A stretch of DNA of 64,000 nucleotides from Octopus vulgaris. Lineage: Eukaryota. The position numbers and the translations under genes are program-made. Location: NCBI GenBank assembly GCA_951406725.2, contig OX597815.1, positions 35,030,001 to 35,094,000 of the forward strand, given 5' to 3'. Every line of letters starts with the position of its first letter. Position 1 is the first letter of the stretch. The notes below the pieces were generated by a model. It was not told where the DNA came from. It saw only the letters and a program-made list of their open reading frames with translations, and did no database searches. Below are positions 26,446 through 41,579 of the stretch, in pieces.

Positions 26446-27040
26446 ATGTGCTTACAAGTGTATGTGCAGGTATATTTTTCATGTTGAGGATATGAAGAAG
26501 GCGATTTTGGTGTGTGTATAAAATATACCAAGCCCATTAGTATGGAAGAATATTCATGGATTGGGAATAGTGACAAGAACTTGGAAATTATAAAATATTT
26601 GAAAGATGACTGACTGGGGGCGATATAGATTAAACGTACAGATGTATAATTTGCATTAGTGAATATGTCAATTTGTGTGTATGCGTGTGTATACGTTCGC
26701 GCGTGCCTGTGCGTAAGCAGAATGTAAATTAATTGTTTACACATATTTGTCTTCATATACATATATATGCATACATATATACATATATATAAAAAAAACA
26801 TATATATATATATATATACATGCATATATACATATATATATATACATATATGTATATAAGTGTTTATATAGATACATACATACCTACATACATATATATA
26901 TATATGTATGTATATATATATGTATGTATATATATATATATATATATATACAATATATGAACATACACACATGCGTATTGTGTCTATCGAGAGCAAAAAT
27001 ATTGGAATAGTGGAAGAGAGGCCGTGCCTAGCTATCAAAT

Positions 27041-27104
<64 letters not shown>

Positions 27105-27170
27105 CATACATATATATATACATACACACACAAATATATACATACATACATATGTGTTTGTGTCTATATG

Positions 27171-27235
<65 letters not shown>

Positions 27236-27287
27236 TGATAGACAAACAGGCAGACAGATAGATATATAGACAGACAGACAGATAGAC

Positions 27288-27353
<66 letters not shown>

Positions 27354-28269
27354 TTAGGTGACATTGGGATATAATTTACCGCAGGCATTTTTCCGTTGTG
27401 CCTCTCGGCAATGCACTTAATTCTGGTTGCTACAATTGATCACGGCATCTGGAACGAGCAATATACATGACAATGTGACACTCTAACAATTATCAAACCT
27501 GCCTTCCGTTATGACTCACATCTGAAAACTGTCTGAACGCGAATGCTGTTTACTTATCCTCCATGTGTGCATGTGTATGTGTACAGAGAGAAAGAGAGAG
27601 TGATAGTAGAGATAAAAATTGCGTCTAATCACGTAATGAAATGGGTATATACAATAAGTGCTCATGATGGCTTACCTCTGAAACTCCAATTTGAACTACG
27701 ACTAAAACAAAAGTGGTGTTGTAGTGTTCTAGGATTGAATGGTTATAAGTGATTTTCTTCATTAAGCGTGTAGGTATATATCAGAAAAGGAAACGGAATA
27801 GGCAAAGCGTGTGGTATCACTTTAGAGTATGGATTTAATAACTTAAATATAATTGTAGAGTGGCTACAATGGAGTTGTTTGAGTATAAAGTATCATTTAA
27901 ACAAGGGAGTAAGAAGTTGTGAATGAAGTCTCTTTTTATATCAGTTTCTAGAATAACTGCACGCGTGGTAGATATCTCAACGAATGAAGATTTCTTTATA
28001 GAAGCCAACTGTACCTTCTTTAGATGGAAATAATTAAGAATATCCTTATTAAAATATATTCGTAGTTCCCAGTCTATCATCTACCTACATACCTACCTAC
28101 CTACCTACCTACCTACCTACCTACCTACCTACCTACCTACCTATCTACCTATCTACCTACCTATCCAGCTATCTATCTTTATGTGTTTGTGTGTATGTGT
28201 GTGTGCATACATATATATAAATATACACATACATACACACATACATACACACATACATACACACTCGAA

Positions 28270-29530
28270 GCGACAAGTCGAATGTTTGGCGTGTGAGGCT
28301 ATTTATCGAAAATACAATGAATACGACCTCCATCTTTGAAGTCACAACTATTAGACCTGCTAAATAACTGGTTAACCTTCAGATGAATTAACTGAGAGAG
28401 CCTTTTATTTACGACCGTAGAAAATTTCAACTGAAACTTGATTTTACCATGCAATGAATTATTACATGACTGGATATGACAACACCAACAACACAACTGA
28501 GGAACACATATCTCACTGGTTCACAGGGAAACAGAAATACTGAAATTACATACTACTTCTTTGTGGATGCCTTGAAACTGTATGCCCAGAATACGCATGA
28601 GATGAAAAAAAGCCTTGACCTGGTTACAACATTCTCAAAGGATATAGGGTTGGAGTTTGGTTAGAATAAATGTTGCTATACAGTTATGAAAAGAGGGAAA
28701 ACTGTAAAACAGACTAACATGTCTATCAATGAATTAACTGTTTCCCCTATATCTGATGAGGAATGTTATAGGTATCTAGGGATGGATGAAAACCTCATAC
28801 GATGGTATCCATAAGAAGATACGTGTCACTAAAGAATATTACAGCCAAATAAGGAAAATATGGACCTCAGAACTCACTGCATTCTATAAATAGTGGCCTA
28901 CAATGTGTTTGCGGTACCAGTACTCATATCAAAATTTGGGCTACATGATTGGACGTTTGATGAGACCCGAACCATTGATATGAAAACTCCGAAGCTACTG
29001 ACCAGCACCAACAATTTTCACATCAACAGCGACGTAAATTGCCTCTTCGTTATACGAAAACAAGGAAGCAGAGGCTGAACATCGATTCCTATACTGCTTT
29101 TGAATGTCATATATCTCTTCGGCAACATTTTCTAACCACCCAGTGTCGAAGTGCATCCCTTGATCAAGTTTGCATACACGAGATAGATATCATGAGACTT
29201 GGAAAGCAGCTCCCTGAGCAACACTCCTTGTCTGATAACCTTAAATACACACCCAAAGATTCGCAAGATTTTACCGCAACGTATCATCAGGCGAGAGGAT
29301 GAGCAGAAGACCATGCATGGATATATTAGAAAGCTCTAAGACGAGAAAGTGGGCTTCTCAAACCCAAAAAGGAGAAAGCTGATTCGAAGACTACAGGCCC
29401 AAGCCATCACTGCAACTGTAAAACTTTGTAAAACTTTCCAGAAGTTTACCATTTAAGTATATATGTGCATGTCTAAACATGCAAATATAAGCATGAGAAT
29501 ACATACATAAAACAAAGCATACAAATCTAC
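28270..29530 (+). mobile_element. Decayed, internally deleted RLE-type LINE (R4/Dong-like) RT region joined to the C-terminus
   Basis: FFVDALKLY...LDLVTTFSKDIGLEFG*NKC (cf. YMDDLKLY..FSxDIGMxFGLxKC), YRYLG, KEYY..IRKIWTSEL, AYNVFAVPVL..FG..DWT, RKQGSRGL (cf. RxxGGRGL); ends KLIRRLQAQAITATVKLCKTFQKFTI*. Stops and frameshifts present. Confidence 0.85.
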
Positions 29531-30377
29531 ACATTTCGTGATTGTTCTGATGCGTTTTCATAGATGGAGATCCAGCCTCAAGTCTCTGGTGATCCTCTGG
29601 TGATCCGTAGATAAGGTCGGCTTTTATTGGTCAGAGTAGGTCACAAGGGTAAAGATGCCGTTGGCAATATTCGTTTCTCGGGATGACTGCCGCTCAAAGG
29701 AGCGTATACGTCAGCTTGATCCTTTAGATCATACAGCTGAGGGATCAAATTGACCAGGTGTAAAACATCAACGCTCAAGCTGTCACCATCCCTTCGAAAA
29801 GGACGAGGTACTTTGCTGATGTTGGCGGTGGTACTGGAGCTATTGATTGTTGTGATGTTGGTATTGTTTGGTTCTTGAGCTGATGTAGGTTTAGTTGTTG
29901 TGATGGTGGTGTTGGTGTTGTTTGGTGTGGTGGTGGTGGCAGTGGTGGTAGTGGTGGAGCTGATTGTGATGCTGGTTGTTGTCGCTGTTGTTTTGCTATT
30001 ATTGTTGTTGGTGGTGGTGGTGGTGGTGGTGGTGGTGGCGGCGGTGGTTGTTACTATGGTTCTGGTGTATGTAGTGTGGTGGAGGTGGTTGTGCTATGTG
30101 TGTTACTATAGTGATAGCAGTTGTAATGGTTCATGGTGTTGTTGCAGTAGTAATCCCTGTTGCGGGAGTAAGAGTGGTGGTGACGGTGGTGGTGACGGTA
30201 TTCTTATATGTTGTATTATTATGATTAGTGGTAGTAGTTGCAGAAGAAGTAGTCGTAGATATGTTAGTGGGAGTAGTGATGATGGTAGTAAGGGTCGAGG
30301 TGGTTTGTTTTGTTACACTATAACAGGATTAAGGTGTTAGTGTTAGATATTACTGATAACAGTTTTGATGATTTTAA

Positions 30378-30435
<58 letters not shown>

Positions 30436-30450
30436 TACAGCAGCAGCAAC

Positions 30451-30488
<38 letters not shown>

Positions 30489-30681
30489 CAGTAATATAAG
30501 CAGTAGTAGTTACAGCAGCAGCTGCAGCAGCAGTCGTAGTAGTAGTAGTAGTTACAGTAGTAGCTACAGTAGTAGTAGTAGTTACAGCAGCAGCAACAGT
30601 AGTAGTAGTAGTAGTAATATAAGCAGTAGTAGTTACAGCAGCAGCAGTCGTAGTAGTAGTAGTAGTTACAGTAGTAGCTAC

Positions 30682-30716
<35 letters not shown>
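30378..30716. repeat. (AGT)n microsatellite with higher-order internal duplication
   Basis: Blocks agttacagcagcagcaac, agtaatataagcagt and agttacagtagtagctac each recur about 115-145 bp apart. Confidence 0.85.
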
Positions 30717-31393
30717 AGTTGGTTGCTGTGACGGTGGTGGTGTTGATGCTGCTAGTGGTACTAGTGGTAGTTGTGGTGGTGGTACTGGTGCTGGTGCTGC
30801 TGGCACCAGTGGGGGTGCTGATGTTTTTTATGGTGGTGGTGTCGGTGGTACGGTTCTTATCATCAGTGCCCTTAACAATTGAAATGATATACCCCCCTTC
30901 TCCGCCCCATTCCCTGCCAACTACCCACATTCTTTTCATTCACACATTTCCTGTCGCCCCTCCACCGTTCCCCCATGTCTCCATCTTTACTTCCTTTTGC
31001 TGAGTTCCATCTATACCTCTTCATACCTTTATACCTTCCAACACACACACGCAAACATACAAACACACCCACGCATTCCCATCTATGCACGCCCACGCAT
31101 TCTCATACACAAACATACATGCACACCTACACACCTACACTATCACATCCGCACACACATACACACAAATAGAAATACAGGCACACACAACACACATTTA
31201 TAAGAAGGAAAAGAGGAACAGATAATCCATATCACAGATACGCCCTCTCCAAGCACACACGCACATACACACGCGCGGACACGCACGCGCACACACAGAC
31301 ACGCAAAAACACATACAAACACAAACACACACACACACTGCATAACCTGATCTTACAATTGATCACACATGTCACAACACATCTCCATCTCAG

Positions 31394-31514
<121 letters not shown>

Positions 31515-31579
31515 TTCTTCGTCTTCTTCTCCTCCTCCTCTCCTATTCCTCCTCTTTCTTATTGTCATGCAAAACACAG

Positions 31580-31640
<61 letters not shown>

Positions 31641-31671
31641 AAGCCACTGCAACTTTTCCTTTTCTACTCTA

Positions 31672-32035
31672 GGCACAAGGCCCGAAATTTTTGGAAGTAG
31701 GCCAGTCGATTAGACCGACCTTAGTACGCAACTGATACTTAATTTATCGACCCGGAAAGGATGAAAGGCAAATTCGACCCTGACGTAAAGACAGACGAAA
31801 TACCTATTTCTTTACTACCCACAAGGGGCTAAGCACAGAGAGGACAAACAAGGACAGACAGACGGATTAAGTCGATTTATCAACCCCAGTGCGTAACTGG
31901 TACTTAATTTATCGACCCCGAAAGGATGAAAGGCAAAGTCGACCTCGGTGGAATTTGAAGTCAGATCGTAACGGCAGACGAAATACCGCTAAGCATTTTG
32001 CCCGACGTGCTAACGATTCTGCCAAATCATCGCTT
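31672..32035 (-). mobile_element. Composite SINE family A: near-complete copy (31803-32035) abutting a partial copy with a different tail (31672-31802)
   Basis: The core tacttaatttatcgaccc..gaaaggatgaaaggcaaa occurs twice; 31803-32035 is the reverse complement of 43444-43676. Confidence 0.8.
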
Positions 32036-32367
32036 TCCACTACAACTTTTTCGACACATTTCTGCACTCGTAGTGCATTGGTGAGATAATATAATTAACA
32101 TCTTGTGTAATCACTTTCATTCATCAAAGGTGTAAGGTGCGCTTCTTCGGATAACTGTTTTAAACAAGTCCTTCGTTAGATCATACTGTTCTTTTTCACT
32201 CAGTGTGAGAATGAATACCCAAACTAGTGCGCCATTTTCAGCAATTTGTTGAAAAAACCAAGCTCATAGATGGTACACACACATATATTTACATGTTAGA
32301 CCGCTGAAATCTACAAGCTTGTTTTCAATCTCTCTCTCTGTTTATTTAAAAAAAAATTTTTTTATTC

Positions 32368-32403
32368 CTTTCTGTTGAAGAGCTTAGTCTCGAAACGTAA
32401 AAG
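32368..32403 (+). ncRNA. Hammerhead-like motif (CUGU variant, degenerate stem II)
   Basis: CTTT-CTGTTGA-A-GAGC-ttag-TCTC-GAAAC-GTA-AAAG. Confidence 0.5.
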
Positions 32404-32731
32404 ACATTCATTTTCCTGAGCGTCAAACTAATACACTTTCTGATTAACTTGTTGATATCTTTCCATCCTTATAATTTAAGGTCTAAGGAGGATAAAACAC
32501 TTTTACCATTTACTTTTTACATTCTAGACTTTACTTTTTCGTTTTCCGTTTTTTTAACCTTCCGCGTTTTCAATATGCTACCTTCTCAAGTTTCTCGCGT
32601 TTCTTCTCTTATTCAATTTTTTAGTTCGTAATTATATGTAGTTTGTACATGATGTATATGTTTGAGATATTTCTCAATATATGAAACTATTAGTAGCACT
32701 TAAAGACATATATTGTGTCCTTTAAATAAAT

Positions 32732-32771
<40 letters not shown>

Positions 32772-32806
32772 TGTCTGTGTGTATGTATATATGTATATAA
32801 CATACG

Positions 32807-33390
32807 TATCAGGTCATCCCATAAGTTTTGTACGAATTTTGAATAAAGAAAACAAGTGATCAAATGTTATATTTAATTGAAATTTAATCATCAATGTACT
32901 TTCCCTGATTATCTATGACTTCCTTCCATCTACTTACAAGCTTTTTAATCCCATCAATGTGAAACTCTTTTGGTTTCATAGCTAAGAACTCTGAAATGTC
33001 AGTTTCAACCTCCACCTCGCTTACGAAAGTTATGTCCCCCAAATGATTCTGTAAACTACGAAACAAATGGTAGTCTAAAGGAGCAACGTCGGGAGGATAA
33101 GGTGGATGAGGAACTTTTTCCCAACCAAGCTCTTCGATCTTCTGTAATGTGATCTTTGCAGTGTGGGGTCGCACATTGTTCTGATGAAACATCATTCCAT
33201 TTCGATTCACTAAAGTAGGTCTTTTTTCCTTCAAAGCTTGGTTCAAACGCTCTAATTGCGGACAGTAGACTTGTGCATTGATTGCTGCATTAGGTGGTAA
33301 CAATCCAAAGTGAATTACTCCTTTGGAAGCCCACCAGATAGAGAGAACAATCTTTTTCCCCATTAAGTTCCTCTTGGTTTTGGATTCCAT
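32807..33390 (-). mobile_element. Mariner (DD34D) transposon, 5'-truncated: C-terminal transposase (32884-33390) plus 3' TIR
   Basis: KIVLSIWW...FHQNNVRPH...HPPYPPDVAPLDYHLFRSLQNHL...GIKKLVSRWKEVIDNQGKYIDD* are mariner catalytic motifs (second Asp apparently mutated to Asn); terminal TA-tcaggtcatcccataagtt at 32807. Confidence 0.92.
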
Positions 33391-33625
33391 GTTGCTAATA
33401 GGAATTTGGTAAATTTTATTTTCTACATCTGGGTAACGTCATACCTAACCAAAAGTACATTGGGTTAAAGAAATTTGACTTTTTGGCTTGTCATCAATTT
33501 TAACCATCTCAGATAAAGTCACTTTTCGTTCTAGCTTCTCTTCTTTCTTTCGTTCTGCTTTCTTCCTGTCTTTATTTTTCCTTTTCTCTTTCACCAAGCC
33601 TTCAAAAATTCACCACATACACATA

Positions 33626-34033
33626 GGCGCAGGAGTGGCTGTGTGGTAAGTAGCTTGCTAACCAACCACATGGTTCCAGGTTCAGTCCCACTGCGTGGCA
33701 TCTTGGGCAAGTGTCTTCTGCTATAGCCCCGGGCTGACCAATGCCTTGTGAGTGGATTTGGTAGACGGAAACTGAAAGAAGCCTGTCGTATATATGTATA
33801 TATATATATATGTGTGTGTGTGTTTGCGAGTCTGTGTTTGTCCCCCTAGCATTGCTTGACAACCGATGCTGGTGTGTTTATGTCCCCGTTACTTAGCGGT
33901 TCGGCAAAAGAGACCGATAGAATAAGTACTGGGCTTACAAAAGAATAAGTCCCGGGGTCGAGTTGCTCGATTAAAGGCGGTGCTCCAGCATGGCCGCAGT
34001 CAAATGACTGAAACAAGTAAAAGAGTAAAAGAG
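33626..34033 (+). mobile_element. tRNA-derived SINE family C, full length
   Basis: A-box tggctgtgtggtaag and B-box ggttcagtccc, cttgggcaagtgtctt core, internal (TA)(TG) microsatellite, 3' (gtaaaaga)n tail; decayed relatives near 7071, 13275, 37910 and 47700. Confidence 0.85.
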
Positions 34034-34366
34034 TATACTTAGAGATACATTCATACACATATATACACACATATATAAATTCAATATATCACAGAAAAAT
34101 CCACTTCCCAATTCAAACTCACATATTTATAAAAGCTGTGTTTTCTATAAATACATCATTCGTTATACATCTTTCAAGAGCGATGAAGGCGCGAAATAAA
34201 TCCTTTTTATCCAAAACTCTGACTACCTCACTTTTTTTAATATATAAAATTTGTATACCACTTCAATCTATACATACATGCTTGCAGACACACATCATCT
34301 CTCTCTCCTTCGCTCCTCCTTGTTCCCCACTCTCTCTCTAGCTATCTATCTATACACACATACACA

Positions 34367-34437
<71 letters not shown>

Positions 34438-34519
34438 TATTCTTTAACAAGAATAATATTGGAGGTTCCAAGTTTCAGCCAACTAAGCCATCATCAGACA
34501 ATCCAATAATGGCATAGAT

Positions 34520-34614
<95 letters not shown>

Positions 34615-35091
34615 CAGAAAGACAGGATATGCACATTCACGTAGGCGCATAAGCATACAAAAGCACAAGCACTCGCCACCTTTTATCATCCATCAGAATC
34701 AGTGATAGGTCTTTCGCGTGAGTATTTTGGAAATATTTTCTTCCTTTTTTCTATTGTTATCATTTACTCCTCACATACATACATCTAATACATTTATACA
34801 TGTCTGTCTGTATGTATGCATAGGAATACACACACCCACGCACACACATATGTAATATAATTTCACAAATACCCATACGATTACGTATATATACATATAT
34901 ATAGATTTATATCCATATATATATATATATATATATATACATTATATTCCAAACATAACATGTATAAGCATATATATCCAGTTCTCTCAGTTTCTCTCAT
35001 TATATTTCTCTCTCTCCTCTCTCTCTTTCCTTCTCTCTCTCTCTTTCTCACTCATTCTAACAATATGTATGTGTAAGCATACATCTATATG

Positions 35092-35153
<62 letters not shown>

Positions 35154-36462
35154 CATGTATGATTGCATGTATGTATCAATATTCATATAATTAAAATTAT
35201 ACGCTTGCATACACTCAAACTGATATATTTTTCCATGCTTCCTCTTGTTTTTCCTCTTTTATATTAGTTTTCTTTTTTTCCCCCTCCTAAAAAATTGTCT
35301 GGCAGCCAGCATATTCAACCATTTGCCTTCCATTTCCAAGCACTCATGACAACTTTTGCCTTAACAACCCACTTTACTGCCAACTACAGTTCATAAATTT
35401 TTTTTCTTTCTCTCTCTCCCTATTTTTTTTTTCATGTTCTTTAATTTTTTTTTTATTTTTACGTCTGGATATCTGTCCAATGTCAATGCCGCTTTCTTCA
35501 TTCTCTGCCCACATTCCTATCTGAGAGAATATTCTGATCGTGTTACTTGCAGATTTCGTATTTCAAACGCACACGGAATCCTATTCTCTCCATAGTCGCT
35601 GTCTCCTCCGTGCTGTAGTCTCGGCTTGAAAATTCCTCATCCCTTTGCTACAGCGCTTTACCATGTGTCTCATCTGGATGTTTCGTTATTTCATCTAGAA
35701 TATATTCTCCGAAGGATGTATTATAGACAAAGTAAACACAAAAAGTAACGTTCTAATTGTAATGTTGTTAAAGCGGTTTATTTTTCTTTTTAAAACTTGG
35801 GAATTCTCCCATCTGTTTAGCTAGCCAACTGGTATTCAGTCCTTCCAAATATCCATCCATCTATCCATCCGCCCATCTACACATCCACATACATACATAC
35901 ATACATACATACATACATACATACATACATACATACATACATACATACATACATACGTGCGTACATACATACATACGTACATGCATACACACATACACAC
36001 ACACACTTGCATGCATATATACATACATACATACATACGTCCGTACATACATACATACATATACTTGCATGCATACATACATACATACATACATACATTC
36101 ACACACACATACATACATGCATGTATACACATATATACATGCATACACATGCACACTTATACACACATTCGCACACATACATATATTTACGTATTTATGG
36201 GTATTTATGCAGTACGATCATTACAACAATTTAAAATGTAGAGCAATCTTCGGATGCACAAAGACTTAGAAGTAAATTAAATTAAATTGAATTAAATTAA
36301 ATTAAATTAGAACAGATGAACACATTAGTATAATTATACCTAAAATCTCCAAGAGATTGTTCTACATTTTAAATTGATGTAATAATTGCATTGTTCAATT
36401 AAATGGATTTGCATGAAACGATCGTACTGCATTACCTCTGGATATCCTAGTTGCTTATTTTG

Positions 36463-36539
<77 letters not shown>

Positions 36540-38249
36540 TATATATACTTACGCATACACACACACACACATATATTAACGGAACTGACATGTTCAAAAG
36601 AATATTGTCAAACCACTTGGAAGCCCTCGGGCAAAACAAAATATATTTTGTCAGACATACGGTTATCGATTAATATTTGTGCGCACGTGCGTATGCGTAA
36701 GCATGTATGTGTGTGTGTGCACGTAAGTGTGAGTATGTGAGTGCGTAGATGCGTGTGCATGTGTTTGTGCGTGTACATCCGTGTCTAAGCATATATATAT
36801 ATATATGTGTGTGTATGTACAAATATATACACGTAGACACATACACACATTTGCTTTTTTCTACTCACCCTTATATATTCTAGCATCATTAATTAAAAAG
36901 TTAATTGAAAATAATAATACCTGAAGTAAGTATACATTCTTTCTCAAAAATGCATGTATGCTGCAAAATAATAATAATAAAAATAATAATGAAAGAAAAT
37001 ATAGATTCCACTGCCTCCGTTAATGAACTGATTGTATTTACGCCTCCAGACAAAATGACAAAAGCGCTGCCACCAACAACAGTCAGCAATATCAAGTACT
37101 GTCAGCTACTCTTCTTCATAGCTCTGTTTAAATTTGATAGAGAACAGATGTAGTCCGATGAAAGAGGACATCGGTGGATTCAACAATTAACGATAATCCT
37201 TCGTTATTGACTGATACATAGTCATACACGTTTAGCTTCTCTGTATTACGGTGGTCAGCTTCCGGTTTTATGTTTGAAACGAAGTTGTCACAGAAGAATG
37301 TGTTGTAACATACGAAATTGGAGATAAGCGATTTGACAGCTGGCTCTCCTCGAATGGAAAAACGGCATTTCATTTATATATTTATTTGTATCTGAAAATT
37401 TGTTTGAAGCATTGCGATATGTGAGAACAATGGGGAGTTTTAATGAAACTTTATGCCAATACGAACGAGGAGTAAAACGGAATATAATATTAAGTTGCCA
37501 ACAAATGACAAAGATATAAAAATATCTAAAGTTCTGCTTTTAATATTCCAGTATTTCGGGTTTTAGAAAATGTAAAACTGATAAACGATAAAATGATACG
37601 TAAAGCAATTTTCTATCAAAAGACAGATCGAACTGGCTATGAACTAACTCCAAGAACTTATCTCACGCTACCTGAAAAGGGTGCTGCTTTTCTTTTCCAA
37701 AATATTGGATTATTAGAAACGGAATTTTAGACATTTCTGCATCTTTGTCTGGTAGTTATTGGCAGCGCCATGTTATTTCGTTTTTGCCTCACTCGCATTG
37801 CCATAATATATATTTTTTTGTCTCTCAAGAGTGAAAAAGTATTTATCAGGCCTGTACTGGAATTGGTTCGATCGATTATTCCTTTTTAACAAAACAGTCT
37901 TACCATAAGCGCAGGCATGTGTGGGCGGCTAAGACGATCGCTTTGCAATCATGTGGTCTCGAGTTTTAGTCCCATTCCGCGGCATTTTGGGGCAATTGTC
38001 TTCTACAGTAGACTCGGGTTGACTTTTACACTTTCCACCAGTTCAGTATTCTCATCTGAGAAATTCCCAAGCAACACACTGTCTCACAATATATATTGGA
38101 CTTATTTATAATCTCTAAACCGATCACCATATCCTCGAGGCTCTTTAACTATTAATTTCCGTCCAATCCTCTTATATTTCGTGTTAATTACGTAACTAAT
38201 CGGAGTTCCCCTAGTTCTAACCTACATTCAGTTACAAATAAGCTTCATC

Positions 38250-38590
38250 ACTGGTCCTCATGAGACAAGTATTTCAATTGCAAACTTTCTTCAGCTGTAC
38301 AGAACAAGTTTATTACCGCCGGTACTTGGAGGAAGACATCCGTCATAATGAAAGTAACACAAGCAATGCAAAGCTGTAAAACAACCATCAGAAAAATAAC
38401 ACTGCTTTTATGCATCGTATGTCCCGAAAAGTCTTTCACACTCCAAACAACAGCCTGATCTTCCCACTCCTTAGAAAAGGGTGCATCATACTTCCTATTT
38501 ACTGCTCTTTTTTCCAAAATTAATTTGTTGGTATCACTCCTACTGTGAGGGGGCCTATTTACGATGGTTCGACGTACTGGAAACATTAGC
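38250..38590 (-). mobile_element. Possible decayed CR1/L2-type AP-endonuclease fragment
   Basis: TIVNRPPHS (cf. VYRPP) and VINLFCT..E..LSH (cf. LDLFLT..SDH); highly eroded. Confidence 0.3.
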
Positions 38591-38769
38591 GAAATCTACC
38601 TCAAATTGGTGGAGGACATAATGGATAATTTGACCCAATTGAATAATTTAATCATGTGGCCGAGAAACTGACGGAATGTTCATCCTTTGGAACATATTTG
38701 ATCATATTTGATTCGAGTTGCTCTGGAACTAAACTACAGCTATATATTCTACTCTTTCAAACGGTACTC

Positions 38770-39060
38770 TTGCTACACGCACAGGCACCATGGACAGCAT
38801 CCAATAAAAGACACCCTACTAATTTTCATTAATACTATATTCACTCTCTGCCCTCTCTACTGCTACTACAATGGCCACTACTGCTCGGAGAAGGCTAGCA
38901 TTTTTCCCCTCCCCTCATATACTCACAACTTATTTACCTCTCCTCCTTTCGTCACTCACATCACTTCCACTCCTCCCTCTAAACTCTACACTAACCACTA
39001 CTCCTAGACCTTTCTTCTCGAACACCAGATTCTTTCGAAGTACATGCTTCTTTATGCAAC
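38770..39060 (+). mobile_element. Possible decayed L2/Jockey-group LINE 3' end
   Basis: LCPLYCYYNGHYCSE...TNHYS*TF resembles the LFYRYYxGxCSxEL...TxxYSxSFF C-terminal motif. Confidence 0.4.
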
Positions 39061-39529
39061 CTTCATCTTGTGCTGTTCAAGAGCAACGTTATATGCATCA
39101 GTTTCGCTGGTCTCGAGAGACATGCAAAGGCCATAATCAAAGAAAGTTCTTCCCAGATGAATCCAAAGACGTAAAATAAAATAATTCCAATAAGGCGTTC
39201 GACATTGATGATATTGTTATTTCATAATGAATTTAATACTTCTACGGATGAATGATTATGGAAAATGTTTGATGTGATGTTAAAGGGTGCAGCACATTAA
39301 GGAGGTAAGTGGAGATATAGGCACATTGATCAGGATTGACTGAGGTGATGTGCAATTAGTCAGTTTAGGAACAGCAGAGGCAAAGAGAAGAAACTACATT
39401 AATGGCTTGTAACTGCACCGCCATAATGTGTGAATCTTTGCCAATTGAGCAGCTGGCGTGATGTGTGTGCTCCTGTATACCTTAGGAAAATACCTTAGGA
39501 ATGAAAACCCAGGTTCCAAATTTCCCCAA

Positions 39530-39575
39530 GACAGCTGAAGAAGGCTGGAGGGTATATCAGCCGAAACGTTGTGTT
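39530..39575 (+). ncRNA. Minimal hammerhead ribozyme motif in a short repeat (about 39495-39620)
   Basis: GACAg-CTGAAGA-A-GGCTG-(10 nt)-CAGCC-GAAAC-GTT-GTGTT; palindromic AACGTT stem III; the core-proximal stem I pair is mismatched in this copy. Confidence 0.6.
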
Positions 39576-41579
39576 AACAACAAACAAGGTGAGGACAAAT
39601 ATCCGTCGAATGTAAATAATTAAGAGTTTCTCTTCTTTGTACAGAAATCATTGGGTTTCATGCAAGAATGAATTATTTTTTTACAAGGCCGTGCATTGTG
39701 AAAATTGGATTGTGACGTTCCGGATTCAGAATACTTCTATCGTATCATCTGTATGATCACTAATTTAAAAAGCAACTACCAACCTCTTCCTACACAATCC
39801 ACTACATAACACATGAGCTGAACATTTTTTTTTTAAATCTCTACAGTTTTAAAATAATAAAGTCTTTTTTTACCTGGCAAACAATAGCTAATTCTTTAAC
39901 TGTCAGAAACCTTAGAATATTCCAAGCCAGACATTCGGGGAGTGCTCCTATAAAATCACGATATCGACGTTCCTGAAGAAAACAGAAAAGAAAATATAAA
40001 ATAATGTTAGCCATGAATATTATTCCTCGTTTAGTAAAGGAGATAAGCTGGATCTCTAAATTCTCGGTTTAATACTACTGCTTAGATTATCAATATATAG
40101 CGATTTTTAGCATTAAAAATGTGTAATAAAAGAACAGGAACCCTCCAATCGCCCCTGGTATGTTAAAGGTATTTCTTTCAGCAAACAAAGAGAATTTTGT
40201 GTGGTCGCTCGATCTGCTAGAAATAGCAGTCGTATCTGCTTCAAACTACACTTTAATGTCTTAATAAAAGTGAAACAGTAAAATATTGTCCTAGATACAC
40301 TATGGAAAAGTAACGAGATGTTTGCAATTATTTACACATCTTTTAAGACACTAAATGTAAGGCTGGTAGTTAGCTGTGTAAGACATGTTGTTCTGCTTGG
40401 GAATGAAACATATTCCTGAATGAGTGAAATACTTTATTGTAGAAGAAGGGAGAGATCATGAGGGGTCTGTCGATGGTAAAGTTAGGTCTATAGCTCACTG
40501 TATGAAGTAAATGAGAAGAACACTGCCAAGACTGGTTACGTTGTTGGACTTCAGACATCGAAGATGTTTTTGCACTTATTGTAAGTACGTTAGATGGAAT
40601 GAAGAGGGTGAATTTTCGAAGAATTATGTTGCTGTATCCAGTGAGGGAGTAGCAGCAAAACGGATAACAGGAGTTCAGTCTTTTATTAATGGAAGCATTC
40701 ACCAACAATTACAATTTATTAGCTGTCATCACAAACATAATGCACGTTTCCGTTGATGAGTTTTTCTTTACATGATGACCCGGTTAACAGGTGTAATTCG
40801 AGAGAAAGTGGCTGCACATTCAGGTATCAATATATATGAAATTTGAAACTGTATGTAGAGATTTAATGAACTATCTATAATCAAGAGATCTTGTCAAGCA
40901 ATATTGTACAATAGCATCACACAAAGGATAGTAATTTCCTATATCTTCATTTTTCATATTCTATTTCAATAAATTACAAATGAAAAAAATAATTTCTCAT
41001 CTGCTGTATCCCTGAGGATAAAACAGCCAATATATGCAACAATTCGAGTGCAAAGGGCTGCAACTAATTACAGCGAAACATTAATAACATTTTTTTTTTG
41101 TTACTTACCAGCCATATCTTAGAAAATAATAAAATTGATATATTTTGTGTTTTTGCCATTAATCAGAAAAGTTAATGGTTACTATTCATATCATGCAGAG
41201 CATGGAAAGTAGGGATCGTTAGTATGCATTTATAATATATTTTGTGCAGTTAGTAACACATGATATGGGTACAATGCGAATCGCATAGGGCTGAATTAAT
41301 AGGGAACCAGGGAAATGGACGAAGAATCGTATTTAATCATTAACACTACGTTATTTCTGTAGGTAACACTTTTAGCATCCGAAAATCGAGACAATTCTCA
41401 TTCAGTTGGTAAGATACTTAACAATCAATATTTAAGATACTTAGCGGTTAAGAAACTTTACACTAACATTTAAGACAATTCATACTCGGTGGGAAAGACT
41501 TAACACTCAACAGTTAATACTCTTAACAATCATGTTACGAAAAGAGAATAGTTCTATCGGTGTAACTTACCTTGCAGCT

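Noticed and set aside
30310-30939. Ser-rich and Thr-rich ORFs resembling mucins
   Set aside because: Both strands are open because of (AGT)n; no convincing splice sites or non-repetitive domain.
36905-37392. Non-repetitive ORFs and an acceptor-like site near 37392
   Set aside because: No recognisable domain, and frames after the acceptor close quickly; may be UTR or old repeat, but unsupported as CDS.
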